Of a stretch of 64,000 nucleotides of DNA, positions 31,091 to 42,167 are shown one piece after another. The notes beneath the pieces are model-generated. The model saw only the letters and a program-made list of their open reading frames with translations. It did no database searches and was not told the origin of the DNA. The stretch spans positions 96,001-160,000 of the forward strand of contig CAVXLD010000010.1 in assembly GCA_963762565.1 (NCBI GenBank), read 5' to 3'. The stretch is from an uncultured Verrucomicrobiae bacterium. Lineage in GTDB: Bacteria > Verrucomicrobiota > Verrucomicrobiia > Chthoniobacterales > JAFAMB01. Position numbers and translations under genes: made by a program. Each line of letters opens with the position of its first letter. Positions within the stretch are counted from its first letter, which is position 1.

Positions 31091-31300
31091 CGTGGAGCGT
31101 TGCCTCGCTTGCGAGGCCGTGGTGAACAGAGGTAAGCGGGTGGCAGGCCTGAGCTTCTGCGGGGCTCGGCAGCGGGCCTTAGACTTCCAGACCACTGTTC
31201 CACCACGAGAAGCACTACAGAGCGCAGACTAGCATGGCCCTTCCAATCGGTTATCCCCCCGCTGTTCACCACGGCCTCGCAAACGAGGCAGCGCTCCACG
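31091..31300. repeat. REP doublet family A
   Basis: CGTGGAGCGTTGCCTCGCTTGCGAGGCCGTGGTGAACAG and its inverted copy; internal segment related to the 39087 copy (TAGACTTCCA, TACAGAGCG). Confidence 0.85.
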
Positions 31301-31404
31301 AGTGGCGACCCCTTCGCTCTCCCCGCGCCAACCATCGATGAAAACGTAGTGACGACGCTTTTTATCGATTACATAGATTTAATGCCTTGATGCATTAAAT
31401 CTCA

Positions 31405-33810
31405 ATGAATAGTTCTAGTCGAACGCAGAGGAAGGCCATCATTCCGGTCGGGATTGGTTTCTTCTTGCTAGTCGCAACTTTTTGGCTTTTCTCACAAACC
31501 GCCTCTCTCCCACACTGGTGGCACCCATGGCAATACGCGTCCCTCAACTGGGAAGCAGCCGGATACAGTTTACCGCTGCTGCTCCTAACCGTTTTTTTGG
31601 CTATGCCCACTCCTCTCGGTCATAGTGTCCGCGAGAAGATTTTTCGGTCGGTAGCCGGCATTGTGGCAAGGCTGATCTATCGGACTCGAACATTTGGCCT
31701 GGAGAACTTGCCCGAAGCCGGCTTCCTGCTGCTGCCGAACCATATGAGCTATGTCGATGCGGTGGTGCTCCAGCTCGCGTGTCCCCGCCCCATCCGCTTC
31801 GTGGTGCATGAATCGATTTATCAGGTCAAATGGCTGACACCGATTTTCGAGCTGGTCCGAGCGATTCCCATCTCTAGCACCCACGCGAAAGACGCGATCC
31901 GGGCGGCGGCAGATCAAATAAAAGCAGGCGAAATCGTTTGTATCTTTCCAGAAGGAGAACTGAGCCGGACAGGTGTCTTGATCAAACTCCGGAAAGGGTT
32001 TGAGCTGGTCGCGCGATTGGCCGACGCACCCGTGGTGCCCGTTTGGTCAGATGGTCTCTGGGGATCAATTTTTTCTTTTGAGCGGGGACTTTATTTCTTC
32101 AAGTGGCCGCGCCGAATTCCGCAACACATCACGATTGCCTTTGGTAAACCGATCGCACCGCGAGCAATCGACATCACGGTTGCGCGCCAGGAATTGCTTG
32201 AGCTTGGCGAGTTCTGTTTCCAGCAGCGCCCGGAGATTCGACGTCATTTGGGGCGAGTCACAATTCGCGGTTTAAAGAAGAAACAATTCGAGATCGGAGT
32301 AATCGACGGGATGGATGGGCGCCAAGTGAAGAGAGGCGACCTCTTAGCGGCGAGCATTACTTTGAGCCGCTGGATCAAACGCAATATTCCGGATCAGCGC
32401 GTAGCCGTCGTGTTACCGCCCAGCGCGGGCGCCGTGGTGGCAAACATCGCGGTCACGCTGGCGAATAAAACGCCGGTGAACCTTAATTTTACCTCAGGCC
32501 GGGCGGCCCTAGAATCCGCGATCCGAAACGGAGAAATCGCACACGCCATCTCCGCTAAGCCAGTGATGAAGCGGTTAATGGATTTCCCGTGGCCCGCGAA
32601 TGTTTATCGCCTCGAAGAAATGATGCCGGAGCTTAAGCCGCGGATTGTTCTCTGGCGGATTGTAACGTTACTGACGCCTTCGTGGCTGTTGGGCTCTGTC
32701 CTCGGTCTGCCTCGGTCCGGAGACCAACGTGAAGCGGTCTTGTTGTTCACGAGTGGATCCTCCGGAGAACCGAAAGGAGTCATTCTCACCCATCGCAACA
32801 TCCTTGGAAACATCGCTCAGTTCAGCGGGTATCTGAACCAGACTAAGAGCGACGCCATCATGGCCTCGCTACCTTTCTTCCATTGCTTCGGATGCACGGT
32901 GACACTCTGGTACCCGATTACAGAGGGAGTCAGGATGGTGACCTACCCGACTCCGGCGGACGTAGTGAAGAATGCGGAGCTAGTGGAAAAGCACCAGATT
33001 ACGCTCCTGATCACAACACCGACTTTTCTGAGAGGGTACCTTCGCCGCACTGAACCGGAGCAATTCAAGAGTCTTAAGATTCTGGTGGTCGGGGCAGAGA
33101 AATTGCCTCGCGACTTGGCGGAAGCTTTTGAGACACGTTTCGGCCTACCCGTACATGAAGGTTATGGTCTGACCGAGACCGCGCCCGTGGTCAGCGTCAA
33201 TCTTCCGGATCCTTTGCCGAGTCACGCGAACGATACGGTTCAACCGGCGTCGCGTCCCGGCTCAGTTGGCAAGCTTCTGCCCGGACAAGCCGCCCGGATC
33301 CGAGATCCAGAGAACGGCGCAGTTTTGCCCTGCACGGAGCTGGGTATGCTCTGGCTCAAAGGGCCGAATATTTTCCAGGGCTATTTAAATCAACCGGCAC
33401 GGACGTCCGACGTAGTGCAAGATGGCTGGTTTAAAACCGGCGATCTGGGACGGATTGATGAAGATGGATTTCTGCATATCGAGGGCCGCCTCTCCCGTTT
33501 CTCCAAAATTGGTGGCGAGATGGTGCCGCACGAGACTGTAGAGGCAGCCATCAGCCGCCAGTTCAACTTGGAATCGGAGGACGAACGAGTGATCGCGGTG
33601 GTTGGGGTACCGGATGAAGCAAAAGGTGAAGCTTTAGTCCTGTTGGCGACACGCGACATCAAACCGGAGGTGCTTCGAGAAAAGCTTTTAGCAGCCGGGC
33701 TCCCTAGCCTTTGGATTCCAAAGAAGATCAAGCGAGTCGAACAGATTCCGACGCTCGCTTCCGGGAAACTGGACCTTGGGCGTTGCCAACAGCTCGCGGT
33801 CGAGGGGTGA
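31405..33810 (+). CDS. aas: Bifunctional acyltransferase / acyl-ACP synthetase (Aas-like)
   Basis: PlsC motifs NHMSYVD and IFPEG; AMP-binding motifs FTSGSSGEPKG, EGYGLTE, FKTGD. Confidence 0.9.
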   Translation: MNSSSRTQRKAIIPVGIGFFLLVATFWLFSQTASLPHWWHPWQYASLNWEAAGYSLPLLLLTVFLAMPTPLGHSVREKIFRSVAGIVARLIYRTRTFGLENLPEAGFLLLPNHMSYVDAVVLQLACPRPIRFVVHESIYQVKWLTPIFELVRAIPISSTHAKDAIRAAADQIKAGEIVCIFPEGELSRTGVLIKLRKGFELVARLADAPVVPVWSDGLWGSIFSFERGLYFFKWPRRIPQHITIAFGKPIAPRAIDITVARQELLELGEFCFQQRPEIRRHLGRVTIRGLKKKQFEIGVIDGMDGRQVKRGDLLAASITLSRWIKRNIPDQRVAVVLPPSAGAVVANIAVTLANKTPVNLNFTSGRAALESAIRNGEIAHAISAKPVMKRLMDFPWPANVYRLEEMMPELKPRIVLWRIVTLLTPSWLLGSVLGLPRSGDQREAVLLFTSGSSGEPKGVILTHRNILGNIAQFSGYLNQTKSDAIMASLPFFHCFGCTVTLWYPITEGVRMVTYPTPADVVKNAELVEKHQITLLITTPTFLRGYLRRTEPEQFKSLKILVVGAEKLPRDLAEAFETRFGLPVHEGYGLTETAPVVSVNLPDPLPSHANDTVQPASRPGSVGKLLPGQAARIRDPENGAVLPCTELGMLWLKGPNIFQGYLNQPARTSDVVQDGWFKTGDLGRIDEDGFLHIEGRLSRFSKIGGEMVPHETVEAAISRQFNLESEDERVIAVVGVPDEAKGEALVLLATRDIKPEVLREKLLAAGLPSLWIPKKIKRVEQIPTLASGKLDLGRCQQLAVEG

Positions 33811-33873
33811 GCGGAGGCGAAACAGCGACCCGGCGACGCGCTTCGTTCTTGGATTGAGTGTGGGCCGATCGCC

Positions 33874-33993
33874 CGGGAGGGATCGCGTCCTCGCGATCAG
33901 TTGATACCGAAGCCGAGGGCGTACTGTGACCGAGGACGAAATACACCTTTGGGTAGTGCACGTCCTCGCGGCGCGCGAGGACCCGCGCCCTCC
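33874..33993. repeat. REP doublet family D (both arms empty)
   Basis: GGGAGGGATCGCGTCCTCGCGATC ... GCGCGCGAGGACCCGCGCCCTCCC. Confidence 0.75.
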
Positions 33994-34045
33994 CCGGTTT
34001 GCACCCTGCGGCTGCTCTGGGTTGTAGATGCTTCTGTAGCGCTGC

Positions 34046-34792
34046 TCATTTCACGTGTTCAACCGGATAGACAGAAACATCGACTCCAGGGGCGTAAATC
34101 AAATGCTCGGCTTCGCCGTTGGGAATCGAGAGGCCGTTAAGCCCGAAAAGTCCGGCATCTTGTCGATCGACTGACACCGAGCTCAGTTGATAAGGCGCGT
34201 GGTAAACCCTGCCTGAGAAGAGCACACCACCTCGGGACGCGAACAAGCGGTACCGTTCGAGCAGGAAGAACTCGAGTGACCCCAGCTCAGCCTCGAAAGG
34301 TTCCCCGCTGGGGCGATATTGGTACTCGAGGGAGACACCGGCGCGGTACGACTCATATTTAATCCAATTCTCAGGTGTGGTCCGGGCTCGCATTTTCGCC
34401 GCTACGTAGGGAAGCGAAAAAAACAACCGGCCAAACCAAACCGCCAGGGGCTGATTTGCGTCGAGGGAAAAGAACCAGACCCCCGGCCGGTTGTTGCGAT
34501 CCCGCACGTAGGTTCTGAGATTTATCTCCAGGAAATTCGATATCCCTGGAATTGAAGGTGACCAAACCGGTCGCACCGAGCGCATGAAGAACGGAACGAT
34601 CCCGACCCAGGCAGCTCCATGAAACAGATCCAAACTTAAGCCGACCGGGAGACGAGGTCCGATTTCATCGGGATCGCATTTCCAATGAAGAAACAAGAGT
34701 TTGCGCCAGCACTGGCACATGATTGGCGAGCCATACGGTTTTTGTCTTTCCCGGAGCTGGTTGTCCACCCAATCGCTAGTGTCCTGTCCCAT
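34046..34792 (-). CDS. YqjF/DUF2071 family protein (start affected by a palindromic insertion)
   Basis: WRKLLFLHW, FLEINLRTYV, PGVWFFSLDA, FLLERY motifs. Confidence 0.85.
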   Translation of the reverse strand: MGQDTSDWVDNQLRERQKPYGSPIMCQCWRKLLFLHWKCDPDEIGPRLPVGLSLDLFHGAAWVGIVPFFMRSVRPVWSPSIPGISNFLEINLRTYVRDRNNRPGVWFFSLDANQPLAVWFGRLFFSLPYVAAKMRARTTPENWIKYESYRAGVSLEYQYRPSGEPFEAELGSLEFFLLERYRLFASRGGVLFSGRVYHAPYQLSSVSVDRQDAGLFGLNGLSIPNGEAEHLIYAPGVDVSVYPVEHVK

Positions 34793-34823
34793 AAATAACA
34801 CGTTATTTATGGGACAGGACACT
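34778..34823. mobile_element. 46-bp perfect palindrome (22-bp arms), MITE or IS-end remnant
   Basis: AGTGTCCTGTCCCATAAATAAC-AC-GTTATTTATGGGACAGGACACT; removing it restores an in-frame ATG coupled to the upstream stop. Confidence 0.8.
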
Positions 34824-34825
34824 GA

Positions 34826-35437
34826 TCATGGCTTAGCCGGAGTCGCGGGAGGCCCAGCCAATTGCGGTGTCGCGATAGTCGGCGTTGGAGCGGGTAAGTG
34901 GTCCCGGGTCACGTCAACCTTAGTTCCAACCCCGACCGCGGCGAAGACCTGGACGATGTCCTGGGAACGCATCCGGATACAACCGTAGCTCGCCGGCTTA
35001 CCGAGCATCCTTTCGACCGGTGTCCCATGAATATAGATGTACCGTCCGAAAGCATTTTGATTCTGCGGATCTAGCCCTTTGAGCCAAAGGATGCGAGTAA
35101 CGATCGGATCGCGTCCGGCGGCATTGGGGACCAAGATCTCACCCGTCGGTCTGCGGTCTTTGAACACCATTCCAGGCGGAGCGCCATCCCCTATTTTCTC
35201 GGCTACCGCTAAGTGGCCCAAAGGAGTCGCGCAGGTTCCAGGGTTATCCCCAACTCCGAATTGAGACGTGGAAACCGGATATCGCCCGATTAGTTGGTCG
35301 CGAAAATAAACATTCATCGCTTGATCGGCCACGCTCACAATGATGTGATGGTCATGATCTTGCGGCGCACAAGAGCAAAGCAGCCAACAAAGCGTCAAAG
35401 CAACAACTTTGAGCCGGAGGCTTGATAGCGATCGCAT
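34826..35437 (-). CDS. L,D-transpeptidase (YkuD family) lipoprotein
   Basis: IYIHGT...SYGCIRM catalytic motif; N-terminal lipobox-like LCSC. Confidence 0.9.
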   Translation of the reverse strand: MRSLSSLRLKVVALTLCWLLCSCAPQDHDHHIIVSVADQAMNVYFRDQLIGRYPVSTSQFGVGDNPGTCATPLGHLAVAEKIGDGAPPGMVFKDRRPTGEILVPNAAGRDPIVTRILWLKGLDPQNQNAFGRYIYIHGTPVERMLGKPASYGCIRMRSQDIVQVFAAVGVGTKVDVTRDHLPAPTPTIATPQLAGPPATPAKP

Positions 35438-35538
35438 GTTGACCGCCTAAGAAGACTCAGAACTGACCGCGCAGCAAGGGGCAGGTAAACCGTAGTCGTT
35501 TGGGCCAGAGTTAGCAGTTCCAAGGGGCGACGGCAGAA

Positions 35539-35567
35539 TTGACAACTATTAGATTTTCTAATAATCT
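35539..35567 (+). promoter_or_regulatory. Sigma70-type promoter of sdhCAB with an overlapping palindrome
   Basis: TTGACA-17 bp-TAATCT; TATTAGA-TTT-TCTAATA at 35547-35563. Confidence 0.7.
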
Positions 35568-35574
35568 ACAAATT

Positions 35575-36297
35575 ATGAGGCCAGCGACAGCGTTCCCTCC
35601 AGCGGCTAGAAGGTTCTCACCGAACCCCTTCATCGCGTTTTATCAGTCCTCAATCGGTAAGAAAACTATCGTCGCGCTGACCGGGCTTTATCTTATCCTT
35701 TTCGTGATCGGGCACCTGCTGGGAAATCTAGAGATTTACCTCGGCCAGGATCACCTGAATGCCTACGCTGAACTGCTCCAGCATCTCGGTCCTTTCCTTT
35801 GGGCTGAACGAATCGTCCTGATTCTGGCGGTGATCGTACACATCATTGCTACAATCCAACTCGCGATCGAAAACCGGGCGGCAAAGCCCAAGAAGTACGC
35901 GGTGTCCGCGCATCAGGCTTCAACTCTCGCCTCCCGGACGATGATTTATACGGGGTTATTAGTGATCTGCTTTGTCGTTTATCACTTGCTGCAGTTCACC
36001 TTGATGTGGACCAACCCGGAGTACCGGGATCTGCACGACGTCCTCGGCCGGCACGACGTTTATCACATGGTTGTGCTTGGATTTAAGCAGCCGTTGATTG
36101 CTTTCTTTTACGCTGCAGCCCTCTTCCTTCTGGCAGGGCATCTGGACCACGGCTTCCAGAGCGTCACGCAAACTCTCGGCATCAACAACCGGAAGATCGG
36201 CAACTTCGTTTCGAGGGGAGGCAGATGGCTTTCTTGGCTGATCTTCGCCGGGTACGTTTCGATTCCCATTTCGGTCTTCACCGGTTTAATCAAATAA
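35575..36297 (+). CDS. sdhC: Succinate dehydrogenase cytochrome b subunit
   Basis: [20 protein letters not shown] haem-His motifs; five TM helices; upstream of sdhA. Confidence 0.92.
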   Translation: MRPATAFPPAARRFSPNPFIAFYQSSIGKKTIVALTGLYLILFVIGHLLGNLEIYLGQDHLNAYAELLQHLGPFLWAERIVLILAVIVHIIATIQLAIENRAAKPKKYAVSAHQASTLASRTMIYTGLLVICFVVYHLLQFTLMWTNPEYRDLHDVLGRHDVYHMVVLGFKQPLIAFFYAAALFLLAGHLDHGFQSVTQTLGINNRKIGNFVSRGGRWLSWLIFAGYVSIPISVFTGLIK

Positions 36298-36305
36298 CCC
36301 ACGCC

Positions 36306-38225
36306 ATGAATACCCAATTGGATTCCAAAGTTCCTTCCGGCGCACTGGAACAGAAATGGACCAAACACCGGGCCGAATCGAAGTTAGTCAATCCGAACAA
36401 TAAACGGAAGTTCGATATTATTGTGGTAGGAAGCGGATTGGCTGGCGCTTCGGCAGCTGCCACCATGGCTGAGTTGGGGTATCAGGTGAAATGCTTCTGC
36501 TTTCAAGATTCGCCGAGACGAGCGCATAGCATTGCGGCTCAGGGCGGCATCAACGCAGCCAAGAATTATCAGAACGACGGTGACAGCGTTTATCGCCTGT
36601 TTTATGACACGGTCAAAGGAGGAGATTTTCGTTCACGAGAGGCGAACGTACATCGGCTGGCTGAGGTCAGCGTTAACATCATCGACCAGTGTGTGGCGCA
36701 AGGAGTTCCATTTGCGCGCGAGTATGGCGGACTGTTAGCAAACCGTTCCTTTGGTGGCGCTCAAGTGTCTCGGACTTTTTACGCCAGGGGCCAGACCGGT
36801 CAGCAGCTTCTACTTGGCGCCTACCAAGCTCTGGCTCAACAGATCGCGGCGGGTGGGGTGAAAATGTTCCCCCGTACCGAGCTACTAGATATCGTGATTG
36901 TGGACGGACACGCGAAAGGCATTGTGGTTCGTGACTTGTTGAGCGGAGAGATCAGCTCGCATGCGGGAGATACGGTGGTCCTAGCAACGGGGGGCTACGG
37001 CAATGTTTTCTATCTGTCTACAAACGCCCGCGGTTGTAACGTTTCTGCCACCTATCGCGCTTACAAACGAGGCGCCTTTTTTGCTAACCCTTGTTACACC
37101 CAGATACATCCGACGTGCATTCCGGTTGGCGGCGATTACCAATCGAAGCTGACGTTAATGTCTGAGTCGCTGCGGAATGATGGCCGGGTCTGGGTCCCGA
37201 AAAACAAGGGTGATAACCGGCCGCCAAACCAGATCCCCGCTTCAGATCGCGACTACTATCTAGAAAGGAAATACCCGAGCTTCGGAAATTTGGCGCCGCG
37301 CGATATTGCGTCTCGAAGCGCCAAAGAAGTGTGTGATGAAGGCAAAGGTGTGGGACCCGGCGGTCTTGGAGTCTATTTGGATTTTGCCGAAGCGATCGGC
37401 CGGTTAGGCGAGCAGACGATCCGGGAGCGGTACGGAAACCTTTTCGATATCTATCATAACATCACTGGCGAAAACGCTTATCAGGTGCCGATGCGCATTT
37501 ACCCAGCGGTGCACTACACGATGGGTGGCCTTTGGGTAGATTATAACCTGATGAGCACCGTGCCGGGATTACATGTGCTGGGTGAAGCTAACTTTTCGGA
37601 TCATGGCGCTAATCGACTCGGCGCGAGCGCGCTGATGCAAGGGCTGGCCGACGGCTATTTCGTTATTCCTTCCACTATCGCTAATTATCTGGCTACCCAG
37701 CTGGGTAAAAAAGTCTCGATTGATCGGCCGGAATTCAAGGCGGCGGAGAACGAGGTTCGCGAAAGGGTAAGCAAGCTCTTATCTATTAAAGGAAAACGGA
37801 CAGCCACCTCATTTCATCGTGAACTGGGACTTTTGCTTTGGGAACACTGCGGCATGACCAGAAGCCGGGAAAGTTTGCAGGAGGCGTTGCAAAAGATTCC
37901 CAGCCTGCGGGAAGAGTTCTGGCAAAACCTCAACCTTCAGGGTGGCGGTAGTGAATTGAACCAGTCGCTCGAACAAGCGGGCAGAGTGGCCGACTTTTTG
38001 GAATTCGCGGAGTTAATGTGTTTGGACGCACTGGAACGCGAGGAGTCCTGCGGAGCTCATTTCCGGGTAGAGCATCAAACCAAAGATGGTGAAGCCATCC
38101 GCAATGACGAAGAATTCTGTCACGTCGCGGCTTGGCAATATACTGGGCCGGACTCTAAGCCGGTACGCAATGTGGAGCCGCTGGTGTTTGAGAACGTCAA
38201 GTTAGCCACCCGGAGTTACAAATGA
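36306..38225 (+). CDS. sdhA: Succinate dehydrogenase/fumarate reductase flavoprotein subunit
   Basis: [39 protein letters not shown]. Confidence 0.97.
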   Translation: MNTQLDSKVPSGALEQKWTKHRAESKLVNPNNKRKFDIIVVGSGLAGASAAATMAELGYQVKCFCFQDSPRRAHSIAAQGGINAAKNYQNDGDSVYRLFYDTVKGGDFRSREANVHRLAEVSVNIIDQCVAQGVPFAREYGGLLANRSFGGAQVSRTFYARGQTGQQLLLGAYQALAQQIAAGGVKMFPRTELLDIVIVDGHAKGIVVRDLLSGEISSHAGDTVVLATGGYGNVFYLSTNARGCNVSATYRAYKRGAFFANPCYTQIHPTCIPVGGDYQSKLTLMSESLRNDGRVWVPKNKGDNRPPNQIPASDRDYYLERKYPSFGNLAPRDIASRSAKEVCDEGKGVGPGGLGVYLDFAEAIGRLGEQTIRERYGNLFDIYHNITGENAYQVPMRIYPAVHYTMGGLWVDYNLMSTVPGLHVLGEANFSDHGANRLGASALMQGLADGYFVIPSTIANYLATQLGKKVSIDRPEFKAAENEVRERVSKLLSIKGKRTATSFHRELGLLLWEHCGMTRSRESLQEALQKIPSLREEFWQNLNLQGGGSELNQSLEQAGRVADFLEFAELMCLDALEREESCGAHFRVEHQTKDGEAIRNDEEFCHVAAWQYTGPDSKPVRNVEPLVFENVKLATRSYK

Positions 38226-38309
38226 CAACGGCCGGTATCGCCGACATCGCCGGGAACGCCGACAACAAGCAGGGAACGATAAACATCCAGAACCAGGTTG
38301 AACTCGCAA

Positions 38310-39077
38310 ATGAATTTCAAGCTCAAAGTCTGGCGACAATCGAATCAAAAGACTCCTGGCGGATTTAAGGAGTACACAGCGAAGAACATTCCTTCCGAAG
38401 CATCTTTCCTTGAGATGCTCGATATCGTTAATGAGGGATTGATCGAAGGTAACGAGGAGCCGATCGCCTTTGACTCTGATTGTCGGGAGGGGATCTGTGG
38501 GATGTGTTCATTGGTCATCGATGGAATCCCACATGGACCGGGCAAAGCAAAGACAACTTGCCAGCTTTACATGCGCCGGTTCCAGGACGGTGACACGATT
38601 TGGATCGAGCCTTTTCGGGCAGCTCCTTTCCCTGTGGTGAAAGATCTGGTGGTAGACCGAAGCGCCTTCGATCGTATCATTGAATCAGGGGGCTACATCA
38701 CCGCGCGAACTGGATCCGCACCCGAAGCGAATTCGGTTCCAATCGGCAAGCCGGTGGCAGACTTGGCAATGGAAGCTGCCGCGTGCATCGGTTGCGGAGC
38801 TTGTGTGGCTGCTTGCCCGAATTCTTCTGCCATGCTTTTCGTCGCCGCCAAAGTCTCTCACCTTGGCTTGTTGCCGCAGGGGCAACCCGAGCGAAAGAGC
38901 CGTGCTCGCAACATGGTGCGCATGATGGACGAGCAGGGTTTCGGCAACTGTACAAACCACTACGAGTGCGAAGCCGTGTGCCCGGCCGAGATCAACCGAA
39001 CGTTTATCTCGCGCCTAAATCGTGAATATAGGATGGCGGCGGTGCGCGAGGCGGTAGCGGTTTCGGTGGATGAGTAG
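38310..39077 (+). CDS. sdhB: Succinate dehydrogenase iron-sulfur subunit
   Basis: [33 protein letters not shown]. Confidence 0.97.
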   Translation: MNFKLKVWRQSNQKTPGGFKEYTAKNIPSEASFLEMLDIVNEGLIEGNEEPIAFDSDCREGICGMCSLVIDGIPHGPGKAKTTCQLYMRRFQDGDTIWIEPFRAAPFPVVKDLVVDRSAFDRIIESGGYITARTGSAPEANSVPIGKPVADLAMEAAACIGCGACVAACPNSSAMLFVAAKVSHLGLLPQGQPERKSRARNMVRMMDEQGFGNCTNHYECEAVCPAEINRTFISRLNREYRMAAVREAVAVSVDE

Positions 39078-39086
39078 AGGCGCTGA

Positions 39087-39287
39087 CCGTGGAGCACTGC
39101 CTCGCTTGCGAGGCCGTGGTGAGCGAGAGGACATCATCACATCCTGCCGTTTGCGATCCTGCGCTCTGTGGTGCACCGGTCCGACCCTAGACTTCCAAGC
39201 TCGATACAGAGCGTAGACAAACAAAGGGCGTATTTCACGATATTCCCCTGGTCACCACGGCCTCGCAAGCGAGGCAGCGCTCCACGG
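39087..39287. repeat. REP doublet family A between convergent sdhB and leuB
   Basis: CCGTGGAGCACTGCCTCGCTTGCGAGGCCGTGGTGA and its inverted copy. Confidence 0.85.
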
Positions 39288-39309
39288 GTGGCGCCCCCTC
39301 CATCTGCGC

Positions 39310-40497
<1,188 letters not shown>

Positions 40498-40610
40498 TTA
40501 GCCAAGAACTAAAAAGAAACCAGAGGACAATCGTAGTGCGTTGCCGGACGATTTGCCTAACCTCATCACAGGCTTCGCTTACCACGGCCTCGCAAGCGAG
40601 GCACGCTCCA

Positions 40611-41303
40611 CTAAATGCCGCGCACTGCCGCGATGAAATCGCGCATTTTAGTGCGATCCTTTTTGCCGGGTCGAGATTCGACTCCGGTCGCTACGTCGAC
40701 CGCGTAAGGCTTGGTCACGTCGATGGCCGCTTGGATGTTCTCCGCGTTTAAGCCTCCTGCCAGGATCACTGGCTTATCGGTTTTGACTCGGCTCAGTATT
40801 TCCCAGGGGAACGTCTCCCCCGTCCCTCCAAAATCGCCATCTCGATAGCCATCAAACATCACTGCGAAGCCATGGAACCAGTCTAGGTCAACGGACTGAC
40901 GAGCATCCATTCGTACTTGAATCGCCGCAATTAACGGTTTCCCAATCGCAACCAATCGACTCGAGAACGGGTACCAACTTTGTCCATGCAATTGCAAGGC
41001 GTGAAACAGATCTCCGGCCAACCAGTCTTCGGCCTCGGCAAACTCAGGATTTACTCCAACGGCAACCCGAGCGATTTGCGCGGGTAACGCGGAGATCCAA
41101 TCGCGAGCCGAGTCCAGGCGCAGAAATCGTTTACTACTTGGGAACAGATTGAAACCGAGCGCGTCAGCCCCAAACTCGATGGCAGCGACCGCGTCTTGAG
41201 GATTGGTAACACCACAGATCTTGACGTATGGAGATGAGTGCGTCGCTCCGCTTAAGAAATGCGGAAAAACAATTGCATCCGATCTGTTAGTACTCTCCGG
41301 CAT
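40611..41303 (-). CDS. trpF: Phosphoribosylanthranilate isomerase
   Basis: VKICGVT, QLHG, GGTGETF, LAGGL, VDVATGVESRPGKKD. Confidence 0.95.
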   Translation of the reverse strand: MPESTNRSDAIVFPHFLSGATHSSPYVKICGVTNPQDAVAAIEFGADALGFNLFPSSKRFLRLDSARDWISALPAQIARVAVGVNPEFAEAEDWLAGDLFHALQLHGQSWYPFSSRLVAIGKPLIAAIQVRMDARQSVDLDWFHGFAVMFDGYRDGDFGGTGETFPWEILSRVKTDKPVILAGGLNAENIQAAIDVTKPYAVDVATGVESRPGKKDRTKMRDFIAAVRGI

Positions 41304-41332
41304 ATCGCGCTCGTCCTCGCTTTAAGCTCAGA

Positions 41333-41450
41333 TGATGACAGAAGACAAATGACACATGATAAATTGCGAAGGGCAAATGCGACTTGATCGAAGCTTAGAA
41401 TGAGATGCGCAGGTCTTGTACTCTGTCATTTGTCATCTGTCATTTCTTAT
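41333..41450. repeat. Inverted pair of degenerate heptamer arrays (ATGACAA-like / TGTCATT-like)
   Basis: ATGACAGAAGACAAATGACACATGATAAAT ... CTGTCATTTGTCATCTGTCATTTCTTATTT between divergent genes. Confidence 0.65.
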
Positions 41451-41522
41451 TTCTGGTTTACTGGGCGAACAAGCGGATTAGAATGACCGACGTCAAATTT
41501 GTACAAAAGGGGTAGTAAAGCG

Positions 41523-41846
41523 ATGGAAGACAAAACAAAAAAGAAGCGTGTTCAGAAACGGGCTGTCCGGAAGAAAGTAAAACCGAGTGAACTGGTGCGT
41601 GTTGCCTCAATCGATGCAGTCACGCCAACAGCGCCTGCGACTGAAGCGAAGAAGCCGCGTAAGAGTAGTAAACCTAAGTCAGCAGCAAACACGCGAAAGC
41701 AAACTCCTTTCTCACCCACGTTTGAACAAGTACAGCTGCGCGCATACTTCATTTCCGAACGGAGGCGTAAGCTAGGACTTCCCGGAGATGAAAGTCACGA
41801 TTGGATGGCGGCAGAACAAGAGCTAAGGCAGGAGATCAGCGTCTAG
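41523..41846 (+). CDS. DUF2934 domain protein with a Lys-rich N-terminus
   Basis: VQLRAYFISERR...G....HDWMAAEQEL motif. Confidence 0.8.
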   Translation: MEDKTKKKRVQKRAVRKKVKPSELVRVASIDAVTPTAPATEAKKPRKSSKPKSAANTRKQTPFSPTFEQVQLRAYFISERRRKLGLPGDESHDWMAAEQELRQEISV

Positions 41847-41853
41847 GCCACAC

Positions 41854-42148
41854 TTGGTGGGGCGAGGCTCCCGAACTTACTCTAAGGGAGCCCAAGGTAG
41901 CCAGAGTCGTAGAATCTGTAGTTGCCTGCACCGACAGATTGCCGAGCCGCGGCCCAGCGTGCGCCGCAACCTATCGTCAAGAAAGCGCTACTCGGGGATC
42001 GAAACCGAATCCCATTCCGACGCATACCGGACCGCCGCCACACGCTGGGCACGGCTCGGCAACCCATTGGCCCAACACAAAGAATCTTTGTTCAACGCCG
42101 CGAGCCCTGGAAGACCGCCAAGGCCGTTCAGGAGCCTCGCCCCACCAA
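41854..42148. repeat. REP doublet family B, copy 2
   Basis: Outer IR TTGGTGGGGCGAGGCTCC, inner IR GCCGAGCCG/CGGCTCGGC 69-70 nt inside. Confidence 0.85.
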
Positions 42149-42167
42149 AAATCAACTCTCCATATCC

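Noticed and set aside
30941..31335. Small ORFs in REP-rich intergenic regions (also ~7245-7526, 11049-11372, 18287-18896, 41801-42368)
   Set aside because: They are translations of palindromic and tandem repeats with recurring artefact peptides such as ERCLACEA and PRLRGR
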